A stretch of 64,000 nucleotides of DNA, from NCBI GenBank assembly GCA_026417615.1, contig JAOACY010000032.1, positions 638 through 64,637 of the forward strand, given 5' to 3'. The notes under the pieces were generated by a model. The model made no database searches. It was not told the origin of the DNA and worked only from the letters and a program-made list of their open reading frames with translations. Position 1 is the stretch's first letter; every line of letters begins with the position of its first letter. This DNA comes from Clostridia bacterium (lineage in GTDB: Bacteria > Bacillota > Clostridia > Acetivibrionales > JAFADI01). Shown here piece after piece: positions 39,203-47,243 of this stretch. Both the position numbers and the translations under genes were made by a program.

Positions 39203-39668
39203 AATTGTGTTTGCCTATTTTTTTTACAATTTTTCTGCTCCAAATCCATTTGCTTGTTGCTGTGGCAGGGTTCCAGTAATAAAGGCAGCCCCCTGTCGGA
39301 TCCCATCCGTTCAAAGCATCCCTGGCAGCCTTTACAACCGTTGATTTCGAATCAATCGGCACATTAATCTGACCGTCAGAAACCGCAGTAAATGCGCCAG
39401 GCTGATAAATTACTCCGGCAATTGTTTTTGGAAATTTTGGATCCCGTGTCCTGTTAAGTATAACCGCCCCTACAGCGACCTGACCTTCATAGGGCTCTCC
39501 CCTGGCTTCACCATTAATTGCTCTTGCCAGAAGCTGCTCGTTGCTTGGTTTTCCGCTTTTTGCCGCATATGCGCTGTCTCCTCCACTAAAAAAAGACCCT
39601 TGATTGAATACAGAGAAACCGATTGCAATCATAACGATCAGAAGGATCGCTCTTTTACCACATTTCAA
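39192..39668 (-). CDS. sleB: spore cortex-lytic enzyme SleB-type cell wall hydrolase (catalytic domain only)
   Basis: 158 aa with a signal/TM N-terminus and a Hydrolase_2 pattern (INGEARGEPYEGQVAVGAVILNR...YQPGAFTAV...GCLYYWNP). Confidence 0.85.
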   Translation of the reverse strand: MKCGKRAILLIVMIAIGFSVFNQGSFFSGGDSAYAAKSGKPSNEQLLARAINGEARGEPYEGQVAVGAVILNRTRDPKFPKTIAGVIYQPGAFTAVSDGQINVPIDSKSTVVKAARDALNGWDPTGGCLYYWNPATATSKWIWSRKIVKKIGKHNFGK

Positions 39669-39801
39669 TATTTTCTCCTCCCTTCATATCAAGTTATATT
39701 TTTCGTCTGTTTCAGTAAAAATATTCGGTGTTTATGTATAAAGCGGCAAACAACAAGGCAAAATTCAATTTATTAATATAAATGGTTTCCGAGGTTTGCG
39801 C

Positions 39802-40911
39802 ATGAAGGTTTTGTTTCTTTCAGCATCAACTGGTTCAGGACATATAAGGGCAGCGGAGGCAATAATTGAGACAATATTTGAAGGTTACCCTGATTCCGAG
39901 AGCCTTGTTGTCGATTCACTCAAGTACATAAATCCCTTGGTAGACAAGCTTGTTGTGGGAGGATACCTCACTGCAGTCAGATCCTCTCCTAAGATATACA
40001 AGAAGATATACGAAAAAACCGAAAGCAATGAAATTATTTGCAATATCAGCAAAGCCTTGAATATGGTTTTTTCCTTGAGAATTTACAATCTTGTAAAGGA
40101 AACGAAGCCTTCCGCAATTGTCTGCACGCATCCCTTCCCTCTTCATATGCTTTCAGCTTTTAAAAGGAAAGCGCTGGCCAATATACCAATAATATCTGTA
40201 ATTACCGACTTCGTTTCCCATTCGTTCTGGATAAACAGTCATTCTGATATATATATTGTTGCCAATGAATATTTGCAATATGATTTAAAAGAGCGAGGTA
40301 TCCCGTCCCATAAGGTTTTCCCTTATGGCATACCTGTTTCTCAAGATTTTATTATTCAAAGGAGCAGATGTATGATTTTGAAGGAGCTTGAGCTTGAAGA
40401 CAGGTTTACTGTACTTGTTATGGGAGGAAGTCTTGGCATTGGTGATATTGTTGACACCTTCAAAGCTCTCCTGTGCGTGCAGAGGGATATCCAGATAGTT
40501 GCGGTTTGCGGGCAGAACCACAGGTTGAAGAAGGAGCTGGAAAGCATGTCCACGGACACTGTCAAAAGCGTAAAAATACTGGGCTATACTAATAATATCT
40601 CCGATTTGATGGAAATTTCAGACCTGATAATCACCAAGCCAGGAGGAATGACCGCTGCGGAGGCCCTCGTCAAACAGCTGCCAATGCTTATAATCTCACC
40701 AATACCCGGTCAGGAGGAAGGAAATGCAGATTTTCTTGTGAAATCCGGCGCTGCCCAGAGGCTTGATGGAACAGATAATATCAGCAGCGTAATAGAAAAA
40801 ATGTTTGACAATCCTTTGCTGCTAAAGGGCATGAGGCAGTCCGCGGCAGCGATGTCCAAGCCCAGCGCAAGCAAGGACATCGCTCGTCTTATTTATCAGC
40901 TTTCGGTTTAA
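39802..40911 (+). CDS. diacylglycerol glycosyltransferase (MGDG synthase / UgtP-like, GT28)
   Basis: MKVLFLSASTGSGHIRAAEAI N-terminus and a C-terminal GT28 motif (ITKPGGMTAAEALVKQLPMLI). ATG at 39802; the ORF track uses a TTG at 39796. Confidence 0.85.
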   Translation: MKVLFLSASTGSGHIRAAEAIIETIFEGYPDSESLVVDSLKYINPLVDKLVVGGYLTAVRSSPKIYKKIYEKTESNEIICNISKALNMVFSLRIYNLVKETKPSAIVCTHPFPLHMLSAFKRKALANIPIISVITDFVSHSFWINSHSDIYIVANEYLQYDLKERGIPSHKVFPYGIPVSQDFIIQRSRCMILKELELEDRFTVLVMGGSLGIGDIVDTFKALLCVQRDIQIVAVCGQNHRLKKELESMSTDTVKSVKILGYTNNISDLMEISDLIITKPGGMTAAEALVKQLPMLIISPIPGQEEGNADFLVKSGAAQRLDGTDNISSVIEKMFDNPLLLKGMRQSAAAMSKPSASKDIARLIYQLSV

Positions 40912-40942
40912 TAATGCCATTGCAATGGAAATTCATTTCAAA

Positions 40943-43354
40943 TCAGCAAAGTCCCCTTAGGTCAATCAGGTTCATACTGTCACCGAAAATCTCCCTGCAC
41001 AAGTCTGCTTCCCTGCTCTTGCAGGTGAAAAGAATAATCTGTCTCTTTTGTGACAGCTCCTTGAACAGCCGCAGAGCTTCGGCAGCTCTGAAATCATCAT
41101 ATTGCGCAAAGACTTCGTCCATAATGACAGGCAGTGTCTCACCGTTTGCTGATATAATATCCGAGGACGCAAGCCTTAAGGCAAGATATACCTGATCTAC
41201 GGTGCCCCCGCTCAAAGCCGCTGCAGGAACAACCTCTCCGCTTTCAGGCGACAATATGCGAAGGTTCAATTTGTCATCAGCTCTCAAATCACTGTATCTT
41301 TCGCCTGTAATCAAGCTTATTATTCTGCTCATCCCTGAATTCAATGCGGGCGTGAAGTCTCTTTGAAGCTCAAGGCTTGCCTCAGTCATAATATCCAGAG
41401 CCTTCCTTAATGCAGTGCTTGTGTCCTCAAGCTCCTTCTTCCTGGCTTCAAGCTCATCAATTTCCTCGTTTATTCGCTGAATATTGTTTTCATCAATATC
41501 CATGCTTTTTAACAGAGTCTCCTGCTCCTTTAAAGAAAGAGCACAGCTTGTCAGGTCTTCACAGCAAGCATTGTACGCTGAGCTTATAATGCCCGCCAGC
41601 TCACTAAATTCCATATTTAAAAAGCTGTCTTTCAAATTTTCTCTGCCGTTTATGCTGACAGCGCTTCCCACGCAAAGAGCTTCAACCATTTCCAATTGCT
41701 CCATGATCTCTTTTTGCAATTCCCCGATATTTTGACCAATATCACTGATCGCCTCTTCAATTTGTGCTGAGCTGCTGCATTCCACCCTGAATAAAGAAGC
41801 AGCCTTGCTGAATAGAGCCTCAATCTCTCTGTTCAAATCCTCAACTCTCTTGCACACATAGTTTTCACCGGGTTCAAGGCCATAATAGCTCCTTACTCCG
41901 AGCTTAAAATCCCTTATATATTCCTCTCTAATTTCATCCTGTCCTTCCTCAATGATACCTGCGGCACAAAGCTTGGAGTTTACAGCTTTTTCAAGAGCTG
42001 ACATCTGTTCAGCTACAGCCTTGAGCTCTTTATTTTTTTTGTCTGCTTCCTCATCTATACTCTTGATAAAAGCAGAAGATACCGTCTTTAAGCTCTTCAA
42101 TTCTGCCAGCTTCCTTGATGCCGCAAGCTTTAGCGTAAATGCAATGGCTGCAGGAATAAAGGCGGGAAAAGCCATAAATGATTTAAAAAGGTTCATGAGA
42201 GCTCCTGCTGTAAAAGCAGCAAAAAATAATATGGATAAAATCAGTGCATATGTTGAAAGCTTGTCCTTAAATTCTGCCTCTATTATTTTTTCATTTAAAT
42301 CCTCAATATCACTTCCCTTGACATTTTCCTCATGTTTTTTAAAGCTGATTTCATTAGAAAGCATGCTGAAAGCCTTTTTCAGGCTTTGCAAAGTATAGTA
42401 GTCCTCACTGAGTCTGTCAGCATCTTCGCTTGTATAAACGGAAAACCTGGAAAGCCTTTTTTTCATCTCCTTGTATTCACTTGTCTTACGCTGCAATGCT
42501 GCCAATTCCCGTTCGGCTGTTCTGGCAGCTTCAAGTATTTCCAAGGCCTGCTGCTGCTTTCCTTTGAGCTCCGTCAGCTGTTTTCTCGATTCCAGCAGTT
42601 CTGCTAGCTTTAGCAGAACACCTTTTTTATGCTCAAGGCTTGCTTTCTTTCGTGTCTCGACATCAATGACGTTTTCAATTTTTACAGCTGAAAATGTTCT
42701 TTCAAGCAGCTTTTCCCGCTCGCACCTTAAAGCATTAAGTCTTGAAAGAACTCTGTCAAGCGGACGTGTGGTAGTCTTTCCTGTTCCCACATAATTTCTT
42801 AAGGCCTCCCTTATTGCCTCCTGCGCTTTGACAAGGGATACATCCTCAAAACCTGTCTGGCATACGTTGAGGAGCTTGCTCTGGAGCTCCCTTGCTCCGT
42901 CCCCATCAACCCTGGCTTCCATTTGTCTTATAAAAACTGTCCTCTCAAAGCACGCCTCATTCATCCCCAAATGCTTTTCCGCAAACAAAGGCCCTCTGTC
43001 CCTGCTGGAATCAAAAGCAGCCGTTATATCATTAAAAGAGCCGTCATGTATGGTTACTGTGTTGTTGTTGAAGTTCCTTCCTATCCTATAGAACGCGCCG
43101 TTGTCCAGCCTATACTCCAAAAACCCGTTATAGTCGCTTCCGGTCCATGGCTTAAACCTTTTTAAGGGCGAAGGCGACCCGTCCTTGGCTGCACGCCCGC
43201 TTTTCAAGCCGTACAGCATCGCCTTGACAAAGGCCTGCATGGAGGTTTTTCCTGATTCATTATGCCCATAAACTACATTTATACCTTGAGAAAAGTCTGC
43301 AGTTATATTGTTTAGTTTGCCAAAGCCTTTTATCTCCAGCCTTTCAATCTTCAT
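40943..43354 (-). CDS. Rad50/SbcC-like AAA ATPase (YhaN-like) with a central hydrophobic hairpin
   Basis: Walker A GHNESGKTS, a long coiled coil, C-terminal signature LSGGTVDQVYLALRLA and Walker B PVIMDEVF. Two hydrophobic helices lie at about aa 368-412. Confidence 0.85.
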   Translation of the reverse strand: MKIERLEIKGFGKLNNITADFSQGINVVYGHNESGKTSMQAFVKAMLYGLKSGRAAKDGSPSPLKRFKPWTGSDYNGFLEYRLDNGAFYRIGRNFNNNTVTIHDGSFNDITAAFDSSRDRGPLFAEKHLGMNEACFERTVFIRQMEARVDGDGARELQSKLLNVCQTGFEDVSLVKAQEAIREALRNYVGTGKTTTRPLDRVLSRLNALRCEREKLLERTFSAVKIENVIDVETRKKASLEHKKGVLLKLAELLESRKQLTELKGKQQQALEILEAARTAERELAALQRKTSEYKEMKKRLSRFSVYTSEDADRLSEDYYTLQSLKKAFSMLSNEISFKKHEENVKGSDIEDLNEKIIEAEFKDKLSTYALILSILFFAAFTAGALMNLFKSFMAFPAFIPAAIAFTLKLAASRKLAELKSLKTVSSAFIKSIDEEADKKNKELKAVAEQMSALEKAVNSKLCAAGIIEEGQDEIREEYIRDFKLGVRSYYGLEPGENYVCKRVEDLNREIEALFSKAASLFRVECSSSAQIEEAISDIGQNIGELQKEIMEQLEMVEALCVGSAVSINGRENLKDSFLNMEFSELAGIISSAYNACCEDLTSCALSLKEQETLLKSMDIDENNIQRINEEIDELEARKKELEDTSTALRKALDIMTEASLELQRDFTPALNSGMSRIISLITGERYSDLRADDKLNLRILSPESGEVVPAAALSGGTVDQVYLALRLASSDIISANGETLPVIMDEVFAQYDDFRAAEALRLFKELSQKRQIILFTCKSREADLCREIFGDSMNLIDLRGLC

Positions 43355-44495
43355 TAATGCTTATCCTTCCTTCATCCAAAGCTTCAAGTCCATAATAGAG
43401 GGCTTTCATCAAAAGCCTTTTCTCATATTCATCCCGGCTTTGGCCAAGGGCTTCAAACACTTTTCTCGTAAAAAGGCCTTTAAGTCCGTACTCCTTCATT
43501 ATCTCACCAATATTATAATCCGGAATCAACTCGTCTATGACTCTTACGGAGAAGAATGCTTTTCCCAGGCACTTCCTGAGCTTGTTAATATCCGGCTTTA
43601 AAACAGGGTCGACATGCCCTTTGAGCTTGATTTCCAGAACTACATTCGAAGCATCAGTCATGGATGCAGCATTTTGAATTCTTTCAAAAACCTCCTGCTC
43701 GCTGCAGCAGCCATCCAATTTTACGTCAGTGCTTACATAACTTCTTATTCCGGTTTTATGGAAACGCAAGTCAAGAGCTTTCCCGGAACCCTTTCGCTTT
43801 GTTATTTCACCGATAAACACACCATGCTCTCCCGGCTCGTCAAAGCCCATGGCTTCAGGGCTGCCTGGATTATATATATTGCCGTAACCACCCAGGTTGT
43901 CAATTCTATTGTGAAAGTGGCCCAACGCAATATAGTCCATTCCAAGCTCGTTGAGCTCGCTGCTTTTCATAGGATTATAGGCAAAATTGCCAAACTCCAT
44001 GTCTACCGTGCCATGTACAACCAGAAGATTTATATGCTCGCAGCTTGCCGGTACAAGCTTTGATACCAGAGACCTTCCTTCATAGAAATTTCTGAAGCCC
44101 ACACCATACACACAGGTGTCGATATCCTCAAGAAGAATATAGGGAATGTCTCCTGTCATTATTGTCACATTATCAGGCCATTTGTGATAGTTGTAAAAAG
44201 AGTTGGCAATAAAGGGATCATGATTGCCAGGTGCAATAAAAACCCTTATTTGGGGTATCTCCTTAAAGGAGCTGCAAATGAATTCTATTGTTGCCCTCCT
44301 GACATATTCATGTTCATACAAATCACCGCTGATAATCAGCAGGTCCACTTCTTCAAGAGCTGCCAGTTCTATAATCCTTTTGAAGCACTGCTTAAGCTCC
44401 TGTCGCCTGAGCGATTTCTGTTCTTCTGTAAAGCCCGAGCAGCCAAAGTGCTTGTCAAGGTGCAAATCCGCACAATGCAGGAACTTCAATATCAT
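43344..44495 (-). CDS. metallophosphoesterase DNA repair exonuclease (YhaO/SbcD-like)
   Basis: Calcineurin-like motifs HCADLHLD, GDLYEH, GNHD and GHFH. It overlaps the ATPase gene by 11 nt. The likely start is MILKFLH at 44495. Confidence 0.85.
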   Translation of the reverse strand: MILKFLHCADLHLDKHFGCSGFTEEQKSLRRQELKQCFKRIIELAALEEVDLLIISGDLYEHEYVRRATIEFICSSFKEIPQIRVFIAPGNHDPFIANSFYNYHKWPDNVTIMTGDIPYILLEDIDTCVYGVGFRNFYEGRSLVSKLVPASCEHINLLVVHGTVDMEFGNFAYNPMKSSELNELGMDYIALGHFHNRIDNLGGYGNIYNPGSPEAMGFDEPGEHGVFIGEITKRKGSGKALDLRFHKTGIRSYVSTDVKLDGCCSEQEVFERIQNAASMTDASNVVLEIKLKGHVDPVLKPDINKLRKCLGKAFFSVRVIDELIPDYNIGEIMKEYGLKGLFTRKVFEALGQSRDEYEKRLLMKALYYGLEALDEGRISINED

Positions 44496-44516
44496 CACTC
44501 CCAAACATCCAAGCAA

Positions 44517-44900
44517 CTATTGCTTTTCCATAACAGCGAAGGCTATAGCATGCTGATTACTGTGGGAAAGGCTAAGGGAAATATTCTTTCCGCCTGCAGC
44601 TTCAAAAATTTTTTGTGCCTTTCCATGAAGCACAATGTATGGGCAGCCGTTCTCCCCGTTAAGCACTTCTATGTCCTTCCAGTAAACGCCTTTGCTTATA
44701 CCCGTACCAAGTGCTTTAACAACAGCCTCTTTTGCCGCAAACCTGGCGGCATAGCTATGATATCTCGCAATACGCTTGCTTTCACAATAATCAATTTCCT
44801 TCTGTGTGAAAACCTTCTCCCTGAAGGCATCCCCGTTATTATCCAAAGACTTTTTTATCCTGCTGACCTCTATTATATCAACACCACAGGCAATAGCCAA
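44517..44900 (-). CDS. acpS: holo-[acyl-carrier-protein] synthase
   Basis: 127 aa with GVDIIEVSRI and FAAKEAVVKALG motifs. Confidence 0.92.
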   Translation of the reverse strand: MAIACGVDIIEVSRIKKSLDNNGDAFREKVFTQKEIDYCESKRIARYHSYAARFAAKEAVVKALGTGISKGVYWKDIEVLNGENGCPYIVLHGKAQKIFEAAGGKNISLSLSHSNQHAIAFAVMEKQ

Positions 44901-45000
44901 AGAAGCGCACCTCTCTCTTATGTCAACTGACAGCTTATCACTTTTCTGATATCACTCGATCTTTTTTAATCAATTATACTCCTTATTTCTCCGGCTGAGG

Positions 45001-45795
45001 CTAATATCTTGCTCTGTTCCTGCGCCTTTCCTGCAGAACGCTGTCCAGCGCCGAAGCCTCATTGACTGCCGCTTCAAGCTTATCCAGCATATCCTGCGAT
45101 TCAATGCTGGATAAGACCTGGTGTTTGAACATGCTTACAGTACTCTCCATATACTCAAGCTTGGCATTAATCCTTTCAAGCTCGATTTTTTCTTCCTTAA
45201 GACCTTTTACTATATTTTCATCCATCTCGATAACCTTCTTTATATCTTCGGCTGCATGCAAATCTTTTGCAAAGCTTAGCTTTCTGATATTAAGATTTAT
45301 CCTGTTTACAACCTCGCTTAAATCTGTCTGATTCAATTCCCTTGTCCTTTTTGAGTAGTTGATTAAAAGCTTTATATAGGATGCGACAAGGTTCAGTGTC
45401 TGCTCAACAATTCTCTCCTTCAAATAGCTGGATTCTCCTCTGAAAAACGAGCTTACTATCTCATTCTTGGACTCCATTACTTTTTTAAGCTTCTGGTAAT
45501 GAGCTTGGTTAAGAACCCTTCTCGCTTCATAGCCCAGCTTTTGGCATTCGCGATCCAGCTGACGTATCCGGCTAATCTTCTGCTTGCGGTTGAAATCCTC
45601 ATGGAATTTTTTGCTGGATAGCGTGTAAATTATTGAAGCAGCATATATGCAGGCAGCTGATATTAAGGCCGCAAGTGTTGCATCCCCTCCGAACCCGGTT
45701 TGGGGAATAATTAAATATGATCCTAAAAAGCCTGCGGCAAGCCACAGAATGTTTGAAAATTTAAAAACAGCCTTTAAAACCAGCCTTGTCATCAT
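45001..45795 (-). CDS. membrane-anchored coiled-coil protein (possibly XpaC-like)
   Basis: 264 aa with two N-terminal TM helices followed by long heptad-rich helices. The family assignment is only a guess. Confidence 0.5.
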   Translation of the reverse strand: MMTRLVLKAVFKFSNILWLAAGFLGSYLIIPQTGFGGDATLAALISAACIYAASIIYTLSSKKFHEDFNRKQKISRIRQLDRECQKLGYEARRVLNQAHYQKLKKVMESKNEIVSSFFRGESSYLKERIVEQTLNLVASYIKLLINYSKRTRELNQTDLSEVVNRINLNIRKLSFAKDLHAAEDIKKVIEMDENIVKGLKEEKIELERINAKLEYMESTVSMFKHQVLSSIESQDMLDKLEAAVNEASALDSVLQERRRNRARY

Positions 45796-45823
45796 GAGAA
45801 ATCCCTCTGCTCCATATCATCTT

Positions 45824-46309
45824 TTATAAAATTAATTGGTAAAGCAGTAAGTCCTGCCACTGCTCAAACTTGTATCCAGCGTGCCTTATCCTGCCGCAAA
45901 ATTCAAAGCCCAGTCTTTCATGCATGCCAACACTAATATCGTTGCCTGCGGTAATGCATGCCATTATAACATGGTGTTCCAGGCTCCTTGCTCTTTCTAT
46001 GACTTCCTTCATAAGCGCCTTGCCTGCTCCCCTGCCATGGTAGTCAGGATGTATATACACAGAAAGCTCAACCGTCCGGAAGAAGCCTTCCTTCTCTCTG
46101 AACTTGGAAAGGCTGGTGTACCCGATTATTTTTCCATCCGTTTCAGCAACAAGCAGAGGGTATTTGCCTCCGTAGCCGTTGAACCATTGTCTCCTGCTTT
46201 CAAGCGACTGCACGTTTATATCAAAGCTTGCCGTAGTATTTGCAACAGCCCAGTTATATATGCCTGCAAGTTCTTCAATATCCTCAATAACAGCGTCTCT
46301 TATTATCAT
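45824..46309 (-). CDS. GNAT N-acetyltransferase (phosphinothricin-acetyltransferase-like)
   Basis: MIIRDAVIEDIEE start and an acetyl-CoA motif HPDYHGRGAGKALM. The ORF track extends to 46369. Confidence 0.8.
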   Translation of the reverse strand: MIIRDAVIEDIEELAGIYNWAVANTTASFDINVQSLESRRQWFNGYGGKYPLLVAETDGKIIGYTSLSKFREKEGFFRTVELSVYIHPDYHGRGAGKALMKEVIERARSLEHHVIMACITAGNDISVGMHERLGFEFCGRIRHAGYKFEQWQDLLLYQLIL

Positions 46310-46387
46310 ATTAATGACTCCATAAAACAAATAGGCGATGAGCCACAGGCTTACACGCCCACAACCCAAAGCCTATTGACTTCTTTT

Positions 46388-47116
46388 CTAATTCGTAGCC
46401 TTATTCTCAGTTTTTTCTTTTACCTCAAAGCCCCCATCCCCTGAAAGCATAGCCTCCGCTCTTGCCCTTGCCCTGTCTCTCGCGGAGTTCATATCCAGCC
46501 TCTTAAGCTTCATTTCCATATTGTTGTCATTAAGGGACTCAATTGCATTAGCCCTTGCAGTCTTCTTGTTGACAATCTCTCTTGCCCTGTCCATGCTTTC
46601 ATTTACATTTCCAACCCTGCTGTTCTTTGATGTGTACTGGGCATTTACCGAGTTTATGTTTTCCCTGAGCTGAGCCATTTTTGCCTGTGACTTGAGGGTC
46701 TTGAGCTCATTGAGCTTCCCGTTCATTTCTGATTCGAATATCTTGTAGTCCTCTCTTATCTTTGCCACCTCAGCCATTGCATTGTCATAAGTAGCCTTGT
46801 GGGTTTCGTACACTGTCTGATATTCTTCTTCCTGCATAAGGAGCTCAACCAAAACATCCTTTTCCCCATGCTTTTGAGCAGCCTCTATTCTTGTCTTTAT
46901 TGCATTGAGATTCTTTTCGGCTGTCTTCATTTCGATCTTAATAAGCTCCGCATTCGTCTGAATCTCTATTATCTGCTGCTCCGCTTCTTTTCTCGCTTTA
47001 TCGATCTGCTGCCTGATATCTTCAAATAAAACTTCCGGATTCTTCTCCTCAAGGCCTCCGACAAAAAGTCCAAAAAATCCTCTTATCATGGCTCCAAGCC
47101 TGCTGAACAAACCCAT
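46388..47116 (-). CDS. pspA: PspA/IM30 family protein (bacterial ESCRT-III fold)
   Basis: 242 aa with an N-terminal amphipathic helix MGLFSRLGAMIRGFF, EKNPEVLFEDIRQQIDKA, and a long coiled coil typical of PspA/LiaH/Vipp1. Confidence 0.88.
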   Translation of the reverse strand: MGLFSRLGAMIRGFFGLFVGGLEEKNPEVLFEDIRQQIDKARKEAEQQIIEIQTNAELIKIEMKTAEKNLNAIKTRIEAAQKHGEKDVLVELLMQEEEYQTVYETHKATYDNAMAEVAKIREDYKIFESEMNGKLNELKTLKSQAKMAQLRENINSVNAQYTSKNSRVGNVNESMDRAREIVNKKTARANAIESLNDNNMEMKLKRLDMNSARDRARARAEAMLSGDGGFEVKEKTENKATN

Positions 47117-47213
47117 ATACTATTCCTCCCTTTTATAATTGTGGCTAGATTTCAAAAAGGCAAATTCACTGCGGGCAAGACCTGCCTATTGCACGGCAGG
47201 TATGTCCCTTTAC

Positions 47214-47243
47214 ATTATACCCGCAAATAATTATGCTTGTAAA
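47214..47243 (-). promoter_or_regulatory. promoter candidate for pspA (TTTACA-N18-TATAAT, overlapping GTTTAC-N16-GGGTAT)
   Basis: On the minus strand: TTTACA 47238-47243 and TATAAT 47214-47219. The same DNA also reads GTTTAC...GGGTAT. It sits directly after the AAA+ stop codon. Confidence 0.5.

Noticed and set aside
40943-44495. SMC-like ATPase plus nuclease pair as an anti-phage defence system (Lamassu/Gabija/Wadjet-like)
   Set aside because: The overlapping SbcD-like/SbcC-like pair, next to acpS among core genes, matches the conserved Firmicute yhaO-yhaN arrangement. No mobile-element context or extra defence-type domains are present.
44184-44930. 248-aa plus-strand ORF
   Set aside because: It is antisense to the SbcD-like gene and acpS, both of which have clear catalytic motifs. 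The translation has no recognisable domain.
45881-46444. 187-aa plus-strand ORF
   Set aside because: It is antisense to the GNAT acetyltransferase, which has a clear acetyl-CoA motif, and runs into the pspA 3' end. No motif is visible.
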